Assembly: GCA_030532275.1 (NCBI GenBank)
Contig: JAUNLL010000002.1
Coordinates: 1-45,271 of the forward strand
From: Peptoniphilus sp.
GTDB lineage: Bacteria; Bacillota; Clostridia; Tissierellales; Peptoniphilaceae
Direction of reading: 5' to 3'
Length of the DNA stretch: 45,271 nucleotides
The translations under genes and the position numbers were made by a program. Positions 1-7,973 of this stretch are shown here, piece after piece. Below the pieces are notes generated by a model. That model was not told the origin of the DNA. It made no database searches and saw only the letters and a list, made by a program, of their open reading frames with translations. Each line of letters begins with the position of its first letter. Positions within the stretch are counted from its first letter, which is position 1.

Positions 1-2
1 AC

Positions 3-98
3 ACGCATAATCCCTCTGAAAGGGATAAAAAAGCCATAGAAGAGTTTAAAAATTTTGAATACTATGTATCCAATTTAAAGATAAAAAAAGTAAAATAA
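3..98 (+). CDS. 3' end of an unidentified gene running in from the left edge (partial)
   Basis: Frame 3 is open from the window edge to TAA at 96-98 (THNPSERDKK...KKVK*) and is followed directly by a terminator-like hairpin. Confidence 0.5.
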   Translation, partial: THNPSERDKKAIEEFKNFEYYVSNLKIKKVK

Positions 99-130
99 AA
101 GGGCATAACCATGAGTTGCGCCCTTTTTTT
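97..130. terminator. Probable bidirectional intrinsic terminator
   Basis: AAAAGGGC...GCCCTTTTTTT inverted repeat between convergent genes. Confidence 0.65.
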
Positions 131-140
131 GAGGAAAGGA

Positions 141-680
141 TTATTTTTGAAGTTTTTCGCCGCATTGGGGACAGTAATTATAGTTTTTTTCCAGAGTTTC
201 GCCACAGAAGGGACAGTATTTAAAAAACTTGGATCGCTCCGAGGTTTCGGTATTTTCCCCATTTTCTGTATCTTCTGTATCTTCCCTGTGGACATCAGAC
301 ATTAAGGCATGGAACTTTTCCTTGAAGTAGGGCAGATTTTTGCTCATATCTTCGTAATTCTTGTCCAACTTTTGCCTGCGAATTCTGTCCATATTTGAAG
401 GGTCTTTCCTGTAGCTATGTACTTGATCCTCGAAATAATCAGGGGTACCTTGTTTTTTATCTTCTCTGTAGATTTTATAGGATTTAATAAAGAAATTAAG
501 CATAAAAATTCCCATCAACACAAAAATAAATCCCAAGAGAGGAAAGATATAACCCATGATTATATTTCCCGATTCTCTGAAGTGCAGAGTCTTGATGTAG
601 GACACATAGGTCCACAGAATTCCTATTAACATCATTAAAATAGCACCAAGCAGGTTGAATAGCGACGGTTTATTTTCCAA
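141..680 (-). CDS. Membrane protein with C-terminal double zinc ribbon
   Basis: Two N-terminal hydrophobic helices; CPFCG...CPQCG at the C-terminus; TTG start with a GAGGTG RBS. Confidence 0.8.
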   Translation of the reverse strand: MENKPSLFNLLGAILMMLIGILWTYVSYIKTLHFRESGNIIMGYIFPLLGFIFVLMGIFMLNFFIKSYKIYREDKKQGTPDYFEDQVHSYRKDPSNMDRIRRQKLDKNYEDMSKNLPYFKEKFHALMSDVHREDTEDTENGENTETSERSKFFKYCPFCGETLEKNYNYCPQCGEKLQK

Positions 681-895
681 AGTATCACCTCTACTAATAG
701 GTTATACCCTTTGAAGCGTATTGTAAATTAAAAGTTATTGTATTAATATTATGAAAAGGACGGCGCAAGATTTCTTTGCAAAAAATAGAAATTCCCTCTG
801 TGGAAAAGGCGTTGTTTTGTGTTAGGATATTACTTAGTTTAAAAATTGAAATAAAATTATTTCGTGTTTTACGAAAGTAGAAAAGAGGAAATTAA

Positions 896-1729
896 TTGTC
901 CGGAGTTAAATCCATACATGATATAGAAAGATCCATAATCAAAGGTTACAGAAATTACCTGTGGAGCAACTTCATAAAAGCCATAAAGGACTTTGAACTG
1001 GTGCAGGAAGGCGACAGAATTGCAGTGGCCATATCGGGAGGCAAGGACTCCCTCACCTTGGCGAAGCTACTTCAGGAGCTGAAACGACACAGCAAGTACA
1101 ATTTTCATCTGGAATTCATAGCCATGGATCCCGGCTATAAAAGGGAGAACAGAGAATTGTTGGAATACAATTGTGAGATGATGGGTATTCCGGTGAAAAT
1201 CCACAACTCCGACATATTCGAGGTGGCGAACAGATTAGATGAAGAAAACCCCTGTTACATGTGTGCGAGGATGAGAAGAGGCAATCTCTACTCAAAGGCT
1301 CAAGAGTTGGGATGCAACAAACTTGCCTTGGGACACCATTTTAACGACGTAATAGAAACCATTCTCCTAAATGTGATCTTTGCGGGAAACTACAAAACCA
1401 TGATGCCCAAGTTGCACTCCAAAAACTTTGAAGGTCTGGAGCTCATAAGACCCATGTACTATATAAAGGAAAAATCCATAATCAGCTTTATGAACAGCAC
1501 GGGACTTCACGCACTGGACTGCGCCTGCAGCATAACGGAAAAGCAGGATGCGGGCATGAGATCTTTTGTGAAGAAATTAATTGAGGATTTGCAAAAGGTA
1601 AATAAAAATGTGGATATAAATATCCTGAGATCTGCGGAAAATGTGGACATAGGAGCTATAGTCGCATATAAGAAGGGCGATAGGAAAATAAATTTTTTGG
1701 AAGAATATTACAAGGAGGAAAATTATTGA
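896..1729 (+). CDS. ttcA: tRNA 2-thiocytidine biosynthesis TtcA-family protein
   Basis: PP-loop SGGKDS, CYMC...RR motif, LGHH, IRP and a second Cys cluster (DCAC). Confidence 0.85.
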   Translation: MSGVKSIHDIERSIIKGYRNYLWSNFIKAIKDFELVQEGDRIAVAISGGKDSLTLAKLLQELKRHSKYNFHLEFIAMDPGYKRENRELLEYNCEMMGIPVKIHNSDIFEVANRLDEENPCYMCARMRRGNLYSKAQELGCNKLALGHHFNDVIETILLNVIFAGNYKTMMPKLHSKNFEGLELIRPMYYIKEKSIISFMNSTGLHALDCACSITEKQDAGMRSFVKKLIEDLQKVNKNVDINILRSAENVDIGAIVAYKKGDRKINFLEEYYKEENY

Positions 1730-2478
1730 AACTGATATCTTGGAATGTAAACGGACTTAGAGCGGCAATAAGAAAGGGGTTTATGGAATCCTTTGAAGAA
1801 TTAGCTCCCGACATAATGGCTCTGCAGGAGATAAAGCTATCTGAAGGACAACTGGATTTGGAGATAGAAGGCTATGAAATGTACTACAACTACGCCGAGA
1901 GAAAGGGCTATTCAGGTACTGCCGTCTTTACAAGAATCAAACCCTTGGAAGTTACCTACGGAATAGGAATTGAAGAGCATGACCACGAAGGCAGAGTCAT
2001 ATGTTGTGAATTTGACAAATTCTACTTTGTGACGGTTTATACTCCCAACTCCAAGAGAAAATTGGAAAGACTTGAATACAGAATGAAGTGGGAAGATGAC
2101 TTCAGAGATTATCTGCAGGCTCTGAGAGATAAAAAACCCGTGATCCTCTGCGGAGATTTAAACGTGGCGCATAAGGAAATCGACCTTGCAAATCCCTCTA
2201 CAAACAGGAGATCTGCGGGATTTACCGATGAGGAGAGAGAAAAATTCACGACTTTGTTGGACAGTGGATACATCGACACCTTCAGAATGCTCTATCCCGA
2301 CAAAGAAGAGGAATACTCATGGTGGTCCAATTTTGCAAAATCCAGAGAGAGAAATGTGGGCTGGAGAATTGACTACTTCGTAATATCCGATGACATAAGA
2401 GAAGAAGTTGAAGATGCGACCATTCATCAAGACATCTTCGGATCGGATCACTGTCCCGTGGGATTGATTTTAAAATAA
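1726..2478 (+). CDS. xth: Exodeoxyribonuclease III (AP endonuclease)
   Basis: Motifs ISWNVNG, LQEIK, GYSG, GDLNVAH, WRIDY and SDHCP. Confidence 0.95.
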   Translation: MKLISWNVNGLRAAIRKGFMESFEELAPDIMALQEIKLSEGQLDLEIEGYEMYYNYAERKGYSGTAVFTRIKPLEVTYGIGIEEHDHEGRVICCEFDKFYFVTVYTPNSKRKLERLEYRMKWEDDFRDYLQALRDKKPVILCGDLNVAHKEIDLANPSTNRRSAGFTDEEREKFTTLLDSGYIDTFRMLYPDKEEEYSWWSNFAKSRERNVGWRIDYFVISDDIREEVEDATIHQDIFGSDHCPVGLILK

Positions 2479-2486
2479 ATTGTGAG

Positions 2487-2523
2487 AAGCTGTTAAATTT
2501 TACAAAGATTTGACAGCTTTTTT
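2487..2523 (+). terminator. Intrinsic terminator after xth
   Basis: AAGCTGTTAAAT/ATTTGACAGCTT stem followed by a T-run. Confidence 0.75.
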
Positions 2524-2524
2524 A

Positions 2525-2553
2525 TTGTAGAGATGATATTAAAGTGATATCAT
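2525..2553 (+). promoter_or_regulatory. Sigma-A-like promoter overlapped by an inverted repeat (candidate operator)
   Basis: TTGTAG-17 nt-TATCAT with TG extension; the ATGATAT-N7-ATATCAT inverted repeat at 2533-2553 overlaps the spacer and the -10. Confidence 0.55.
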
Positions 2554-2579
2554 AGACATATCAAAAAAGGAGGAGTTCT

Positions 2580-3638
2580 ATGAAGGAAAGAAAGAGGAGC
2601 AGAATGCAAAAAGGGGAGATGGAAGAAAAAATTCTCAAGGCGAAACCGGGAATACCCATGCTGATATTATTAATTATAACGCATGTTTTATCAGTGTTTA
2701 TCTTTGTTAAGGGACTTGAACTCGTCGCCAGAGATATTCCCAACGGAGCTGTGCTAATAATTTTTGGAGTTATTTGGTTTTTTGTAAACATAGTTCTATA
2801 CTTCGGATTTAAAGTAATCAAGCCGCAAGAGGCCTTAGTACTTACACTCTTCGGAAAATACTACGGTACTTTAAAGGAAACGGGATTTTACTATGTAAAT
2901 CCCTTCAGTTCAGGCTTTAATCCCGCAGCCAATACATCCTTGGGACAAAGCGGAGATGTAAGCACAAAGAAAACTAAAATAATCCGTGCCGACGGAAGTA
3001 ATTTAAGCGCTGAAATGCCCTCGGGCAAAAAGATATCACTCAAGGTGATGACCTTAAACAACTCAAAGCAAAAGATAAATGACAGACTGGGAAATCCCGT
3101 AGAAGTGGGCATAGCTGTCATGTGGAGAGTGGTGGATACTGCCAAGGCGGTATTTGAAGTGGACAACTACAAGGAATTTCTATCCTTGCAATGCGATTCT
3201 TCCCTAAGGGACATAGTGAGAATTTATCCCTACGACTCCGTGCCGGGAATTGACACCACAGGAGATGGCGAATCAGATGAAGGAAGCCTTAGAGGTTCCA
3301 GCACCATGGTCGCACATAGAATCAAAGAAAAAATTCAAGAAGGAGTAGATGTAGCAGGCATTGAAATAATCGATGCAAGAATCACATATCTTGCCTATGC
3401 ACCGGAAATAGCAGCGGCAATGCTCCAAAGACAACAAGCCGCAGCAGTTGTAGACGCAAGAGCGACAATAGTGGACGGAGCTGTGGGAATGGTGGAAATG
3501 GCTCTTGAAAAACTCAGCGAAAAAGGCGTAGTTGACCTTGATGAAGACAAAAAGGCAACCATGGTATCCAATTTGATGGTGGTACTCTGCAGCAACAAAG
3601 ACCCACAACCCGTGGTAAATAGCGGAAGTATTTATTAA
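2580..3638 (+). CDS. SPFH/band-7 domain membrane protein
   Basis: AGGAGG RBS; two TM helices, then FGKYYGT...[16 protein letters not shown] and [17 protein letters not shown] typical of this SPFH subfamily. Confidence 0.9.
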   Translation: MKERKRSRMQKGEMEEKILKAKPGIPMLILLIITHVLSVFIFVKGLELVARDIPNGAVLIIFGVIWFFVNIVLYFGFKVIKPQEALVLTLFGKYYGTLKETGFYYVNPFSSGFNPAANTSLGQSGDVSTKKTKIIRADGSNLSAEMPSGKKISLKVMTLNNSKQKINDRLGNPVEVGIAVMWRVVDTAKAVFEVDNYKEFLSLQCDSSLRDIVRIYPYDSVPGIDTTGDGESDEGSLRGSSTMVAHRIKEKIQEGVDVAGIEIIDARITYLAYAPEIAAAMLQRQQAAAVVDARATIVDGAVGMVEMALEKLSEKGVVDLDEDKKATMVSNLMVVLCSNKDPQPVVNSGSIY

Positions 3639-3651
3639 AGAGAGTGATATT

Positions 3652-3819
3652 ATCACAAGGAAACAAATACCGCTTAGGATATCGGAAGAGCTTTATGAGG
3701 AATTGTCAAAATGGGCCAATGACGAATTCAGATCCATTAACGGTCAGATAGAATATATACTGACACGAGAAGTAAAAAAAAGAAATAAGAGTGCATTTTC
3801 CAAAGAGGATAAAGAATAA
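3652..3819 (+). CDS. Small Arc/ribbon-helix-helix DNA-binding protein (not in ORF track; apparent ATC or ATT start)
   Basis: Translates as (M)[54 protein letters not shown]. The beta-strand + helix + RSxNGQI pattern is RHH-like. There is no in-frame ATG/GTG/TTG between the upstream TAA (3616-3618) and this N-terminal strand. Confidence 0.8.
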   Translation: MTRKQIPLRISEELYEELSKWANDEFRSINGQIEYILTREVKKRNKSAFSKEDKE

Positions 3820-3853
3820 ATAGAGGATTGACTTAAGGGTCGGTCCTCTATTT
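3818..3853 (+). terminator. Intrinsic terminator of the SPFH-RHH operon
   Basis: AAATAGAGGATTGAC / GTCGGTCCTCTATTT stem followed by T-rich sequence. Confidence 0.75.
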
Positions 3854-4044
3854 ATTGTTGTCTGTAATCAGTGGAGTTTAGGAAACTTAAAAAGGCAAAT
3901 TTTTATTGTGTAATGAGAGAAAATTAGACGACATGGAGAAGAAGTGGAGAGGGAAATTTGTCTATGTTTCGATTTTGGAATAAAATGGTATAATATTGAC
4001 TATGAAGTTTTAAAGTTTTTAAAATTTAGTAGGAAGGACAAAGG

Positions 4045-4671
4045 ATGAAAAAATTAAATTTAAATAAAATTAAAATTTTTACAGTGGTAATTTCTTTAAT
4101 TGCTCTTTTTGGGCTTAGCGCATGTGGTGATAAAGCTGAAGAGCCGAAAGAAAATCAAAGTGCAGCCATTCAATCTCAGGAGCAGGCGGAAGAAAGGGAA
4201 CAGCCCGAGGAACAAAGGGAGATAAGGACTTTTAAGGATTTAAAGGTGGAAGATTTCTACGGAAAGGAAGTGGATTCTTCCATATTTGCAGAAAATAAAG
4301 TCACGGTGATAAACTTTTGGAGTACAACTTGTCCTCCCTGTATTGAAGAGTTGCCTATTTTAGAAAAGATAAGTGCGGATATGAAGGACAAGGGTGTGGG
4401 CGTTAAGGGATTTTTATATGAATTCGGAGTGCAGATAAATGATGAGGTTCTCGAAGAGGCTAATTACATCTTGGAAGAGGGCGGAGTTACCTACCAACAG
4501 TTAATAGGTGCCGGAGATATAATGAAAGATGAACTCATTCAGAGCATATATGCAGTACCCACCACCTTTGCTGTGGATTCGCAGGGTGAGATCATCTTTG
4601 CGACAGTGGGCGCCATGGATTATGACGGATGGCAGGAATTCATAGATGCGGCTCTCGAGGAGGTTCAATAA
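4045..4671 (+). CDS. TlpA/ResA-family thiol-disulfide oxidoreductase lipoprotein
   Basis: Signal peptide with lipobox LSAC; NFWSTTCPPC active site; cis-Pro motif AVPTTF. Confidence 0.9.
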   Translation: MKKLNLNKIKIFTVVISLIALFGLSACGDKAEEPKENQSAAIQSQEQAEEREQPEEQREIRTFKDLKVEDFYGKEVDSSIFAENKVTVINFWSTTCPPCIEELPILEKISADMKDKGVGVKGFLYEFGVQINDEVLEEANYILEEGGVTYQQLIGAGDIMKDELIQSIYAVPTTFAVDSQGEIIFATVGAMDYDGWQEFIDAALEEVQ

Positions 4672-4676
4672 ATTCT

Positions 4677-4826
4677 ATGGGAGATGTGGAAAAGAGAAGA
4701 AAATTCGGAAGAGCCTTTTTGATTTTGGGAATAGTTCTCTTAGCTTTGGGAATATACAGAGGCGAGATGGTAACGGTATTTAGAAAAGCTGTGGTGATCT
4801 GCCTGGAATGTATAGGCATAGATTGA
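4677..4826 (+). CDS. Small membrane protein with C-terminal CxxC (CD1871A-like family)
   Basis: One TM helix, then RGE..TV..KA..ICLECIG; lies between TlpA and a 4Fe-4S protein. The start could also be GTG at 4686. Confidence 0.75.
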   Translation: MGDVEKRRKFGRAFLILGIVLLALGIYRGEMVTVFRKAVVICLECIGID

Positions 4827-4846
4827 GGGCAGTAAGGCGGAGTGTA

Positions 4847-5704
4847 ATGAAAGATAAAAAGAACAGCAAAATTTCAAATTTCCGAACAGGTTTTCAAATT
4901 CTGTTCACGGCTTTGACCAACGGATATGCTTTGGGATTTGCGAAGGGAAAAATTTATCAAGGTCCTGTTAAAAATCTATGTGTGCCGGGACTTAACTGCT
5001 ATTCCTGTCCCGGTGCCTTGGGATCCTGTCCCATAGGAGCCTTGCAAGCGGTGGCCACCAGCAGAGATTTCAACATATCCTTTTACGTTATTGGATTTTT
5101 GATGATAATAGGCTCTCTAATAGGCAGATTTGTATGCGGTTGGATGTGTCCCTTCGGATTGTTGCAGGACTTACTCCATAAAATACCCTTTCCCAAGAAG
5201 ATCAAGACCTTCAAGGGAGAGCGCCACCTGCTCAAAGCTAAGTACTTAATACTTTTGATTTTCGTCCTTTTGCTTCCCATCACTATCACCGTCGGCGGCG
5301 GATATGGAAAACCGTGGTTTTGCAAGGTGATCTGTCCCTCGGGAACTCTCATGGGCGGAATTCCTCTGCTCTTGACAAATGAGAGTTTGAGAAAGGCGGC
5401 AGGGCTTATTTTTTCATGGAAGGTCACCGTGCTTTTGATGATCATTTTTTTGTCCATGGTAATACATAGACCCTTTTGCAAGTACCTGTGTCCCTTGGGT
5501 GCCATCTATGGAGGTTTTAATAAAATTTCTCTATACCAATACACCGTCGATGAGCACAAGTGTATTAAATGCGACCAGTGCTACCGTCAATGCAGCATGA
5601 ATGTGAAAATTTACGAAAATGCCACAAGTGCTGAGTGTATTCGTTGCGGAGAGTGTACCAAGGTGTGTCCCACCAATGCCATTTCGACAAAATTTAAAAA
5701 ATAA
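4847..5704 (+). CDS. Polytopic 4Fe-4S binding membrane protein (NapH/CcoG-like)
   Basis: Repeated CxxxCP motifs (CGWMCP, CKVICP, CKYLCP), TM helices and two C-terminal ferredoxin-type Cys clusters. Confidence 0.85.
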   Translation: MKDKKNSKISNFRTGFQILFTALTNGYALGFAKGKIYQGPVKNLCVPGLNCYSCPGALGSCPIGALQAVATSRDFNISFYVIGFLMIIGSLIGRFVCGWMCPFGLLQDLLHKIPFPKKIKTFKGERHLLKAKYLILLIFVLLLPITITVGGGYGKPWFCKVICPSGTLMGGIPLLLTNESLRKAAGLIFSWKVTVLLMIIFLSMVIHRPFCKYLCPLGAIYGGFNKISLYQYTVDEHKCIKCDQCYRQCSMNVKIYENATSAECIRCGECTKVCPTNAISTKFKK

Positions 5705-5708
5705 TTTT

Positions 5709-5737
5709 ATCCTCTCTATGGAAGGGAGGATTTTTTT
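5709..5737 (+). terminator. Intrinsic terminator
   Basis: ATCCTCTCT/AGGGAGGAT stem plus T-run. Confidence 0.75.
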
Positions 5738-5810
5738 GTAGTTAAATATATATGAGATTAAAATTGAGGAAAAAATAGTGATTTAATTTATTTATTTAAT
5801 AAAATAAAGC

Positions 5811-5839
5811 TGGACAAGGAAGTAATTGTGTGTTATGAT
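5811..5839 (+). promoter_or_regulatory. Sigma-A promoter of the aro operon leader
   Basis: TGGACA-17 nt-TATGAT with extended -10 TG and an AT-rich upstream tract. Confidence 0.7.
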
Positions 5840-5868
5840 TCTTAAAACTTTGAAGAAGGAGAATAATC

Positions 5869-5970
5869 ATGAAAGCCATTACTAATGCACAATACTATTA
5901 CAGCTTTTACTTTACTTATTTTTATAGTAGAGCTTTTTTGGGTTGTGCAGACGAGGAAACTTTTTCTTAG
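5869..5970 (+). CDS. Tyr/Phe-rich leader peptide (putative attenuator) of the aro operon
   Basis: AAGGAG RBS; MKAITNAQYYYSFYFTYFYSRAFLGCADEETFS*, with 6 Tyr + 3 Phe in 11 consecutive codons, placed between the promoter and terminators upstream of aroF. Confidence 0.85.
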   Translation: MKAITNAQYYYSFYFTYFYSRAFLGCADEETFS

Positions 5971-5999
5971 TTAGATAAGATCTTATTAAAAAGTAGTCT

Positions 6000-6027
6000 A
6001 AGCTCCCAAAAATACGGGGGCTTTTTT
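6000..6027 (+). terminator. Attenuator terminator 1
   Basis: AAGCTCCC-loop-GGGGGCTT followed by a T-run. Confidence 0.8.
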
Positions 6028-6057
6028 GTTGGATAATCTTACTTAAAAGGATTGCCT

Positions 6058-6085
6058 AAGCTCCCAAAAATATGGGAGTTTTTTT
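6058..6085 (+). terminator. Attenuator terminator 2 (duplicate of terminator 1)
   Basis: AAGCTCCCA-loop-TGGGAGTTT with a T7 run; shares the 17-nt block CTAAGCTCCCAAAAATA with terminator 1. Confidence 0.8.
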
Positions 6086-6108
6086 ATTATAGCGAAGGGG
6101 GAGAAATT

Positions 6109-7122
6109 ATGATAATAAAATTAAAAAGAAATCCGAAGGAAGAAGAAGTAGAAAATTTGCGCCGTTGGATAGAGGGACGGGGAATAGAGGTCATGACTTC
6201 CGTGGGAGCCAACATCACAATTTTGGGATTGGTGGGAGATACCACAAAGCTAGACATCGACTTGCTTAAAACTATGTCCATAGTGGAGGATGTAAAGAGG
6301 ATTCAAGAACCCTACAAAGCTGTAAATCGTCGTTTTCATCCTGAGGATACTGTGATCACCTTGGAGGACGGAACTAAAATAGGGGGCGACAATTTCACCA
6401 TGATCGCAGGACCTTGCTCCGTTGAATCTGAAGAACAGGTCATAGAGATAGCAAGGCGAGTTAAAAATGCAGGAGCAAATATTTTGCGTGGCGGTGCCTT
6501 CAAACCGAGGACTTCTCCCTACTCCTTTCAAGGCATGGGAACAGACGGACTGGAGTTGTTGCTCAAGGCGAAGAAGGAAACGGGACTGCCCATAGTTTCC
6601 GAGGTGATGGACGCATCTCAACTTCAATACTTCAAAGATGTGGATATTCTTCAAGTGGGAGCCAGAAATATGCAAAACTTCCATCTTTTAAAGGAAGTGG
6701 GAAAATTGGATAAACCCGTTTTATTGAAGAGAGGACTTTCAGCAACCTATGAAGAGTGGTTGATGAGTGCTGAATACATCATGTCAGGCGGAAATAAAAA
6801 TGTAATTTTGTGCGAAAGAGGAATCCGAACCTTTGAAACAAAGACTAGAAATACTCTGGATATTTCTGCAATTCCGGTGTTGAAGTCCGAAACTCACCTG
6901 CCCATAATCGCAGATCCCTCCCATGCCACCGGCACGAGAAGGTTGGTTGAACCCCTTGCAAAGGCAGCAGTGGCTGCAGGTGCTCACGGTGTGATGATCG
7001 AAGTTCACAACAATCCCGAAGGTGCCCTTTGTGACGGTCCTCAATCCCTTGATCCCGAACAATTCGATGGCATAGCTGAAAAACTTAAAAAACTTCGCAA
7101 AACCATAGAGGAAATAGGATGA
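6109..7122 (+). CDS. aroF: DAHP synthase, type I-beta with N-terminal regulatory domain
   Basis: IAGPCSVES, GAFKPRTSPYSFQG, GARNMQNF, CERGIR, DPSH; GGGGGAG RBS before ATG 6109. Confidence 0.95.
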   Translation: MIIKLKRNPKEEEVENLRRWIEGRGIEVMTSVGANITILGLVGDTTKLDIDLLKTMSIVEDVKRIQEPYKAVNRRFHPEDTVITLEDGTKIGGDNFTMIAGPCSVESEEQVIEIARRVKNAGANILRGGAFKPRTSPYSFQGMGTDGLELLLKAKKETGLPIVSEVMDASQLQYFKDVDILQVGARNMQNFHLLKEVGKLDKPVLLKRGLSATYEEWLMSAEYIMSGGNKNVILCERGIRTFETKTRNTLDISAIPVLKSETHLPIIADPSHATGTRRLVEPLAKAAVAAGAHGVMIEVHNNPEGALCDGPQSLDPEQFDGIAEKLKKLRKTIEEIG

Positions 7123-7973
7123 AAATAGGAGTTGTAGGCTTGGGATTGATGGGCGGAAGTTTTGTCAAGGCGATTAAAGAATACGGAAGTGAAGAGGTCT
7201 ACGGCTTTGACAAAAATGATGAAGTTCTCAAAAGAGCGTTGAAGGATGGAAGCATAGATGATGTTTTGACGAGGGAAAATATCACGCAGTGCGACTTGGT
7301 AGTTCTTGCCTTGATGCCCGGAATAGCCATAGATTTTGTAAAGGAAAATCACACTTTGATAAAGGGACTTCTCCTTGATTTTTGCGGAGTGAAGAGAGAA
7401 GTGGAAAGACAGATTCTTCCCATTGCAGTGGAAAAGGGATTTTCCTACATGGGCGGACATCCCATGGCAGGTAGAGAAGTGGGCGGATATGAACACAGCA
7501 GCAAGGACCTCTACCAGGGGGCGTCGATGATTTTAGTAGAAAATGAAACGTCCCGAGGAAAGGGGAAAAACTTGGAAGAGTTTTTTTATAATTTAGGATT
7601 TGCACAGATAAAATACTCCGATTCCTCAACTCATGACAGGGTGCTTGCCTATACTTCTCAATTGGCCCATGTGGTGTCCAATTCCTTTGTCCAGTCGCCC
7701 ACTCACAAGGAGGAATACGGATATTCGGCGGATAGTTTAAAGGATTTGACCAGAGTTGCCACCTTGGATGTGGACATGTGGACGGAACTGTTTTTTGACA
7801 ACAAGGATTTTTTATACGATGAAGTCATGAGGATCAGCGACCATTTGAGCCAGTATGCAAGGGCGATTAAAGAGGAAGATGAAACCCTGCTGAAAAAACT
7901 GTTAAGCGCCGGTTGCATCGCCAAGAGGGAAATGGAAGAAAGAAGGAAGAATAATGGCGGAAATTCAAATTAA
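7119..7973 (+). CDS. tyrA: Prephenate dehydrogenase
   Basis: GLGLMGGS Rossmann motif, GGHPMAG, HD...TSQLAH, DLTRVA. Confidence 0.92.
   Translation: MKIGVVGLGLMGGSFVKAIKEYGSEEVYGFDKNDEVLKRALKDGSIDDVLTRENITQCDLVVLALMPGIAIDFVKENHTLIKGLLLDFCGVKREVERQILPIAVEKGFSYMGGHPMAGREVGGYEHSSKDLYQGASMILVENETSRGKGKNLEEFFYNLGFAQIKYSDSSTHDRVLAYTSQLAHVVSNSFVQSPTHKEEYGYSADSLKDLTRVATLDVDMWTELFFDNKDFLYDEVMRISDHLSQYARAIKEEDETLLKKLLSAGCIAKREMEERRKNNGGNSN

Noticed and set aside
251-290. Short 9-nt imperfect tandem repeats in the zinc-ribbon gene
   Set aside because: They encode an acidic low-complexity linker (EDTEDTENGENTE) and are in-frame, with no sign of phase variation.
756-818. Possible branched RNA structure upstream of ttcA (AAGGACGGCGC / GCGTTGTTTT)
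   Set aside because: It relies on many G-U pairs, matches no riboswitch I recognise, and lies upstream of the likely extended -10 (TG-TAGGAT, 820-828).
4824-4835. Selenocysteine or read-through at the TGA of the CxxC mini-protein
   Set aside because: An in-frame TAA follows within three codons and the downstream 4Fe-4S gene is in a different frame.
5998-6072. CRISPR-like repeat
   Set aside because: There are only two copies, the intervening sequence is itself related, there are no cas genes, and both copies are terminator hairpins.
6052-6108. ORF-track N-terminal extension of aroF (MPKLPKIWEFFYY...)
   Set aside because: It runs through terminator 2, so its FFYY codons come from the U-tract. 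The strong RBS precedes ATG 6109.
5840-6108. T-box riboswitch upstream of the aro operon
   Set aside because: I found no T-box consensus (AAnnnGGGTGGnACC) or stem I motifs by eye, and the leader ORF explains the region. An Rfam scan would settle it.
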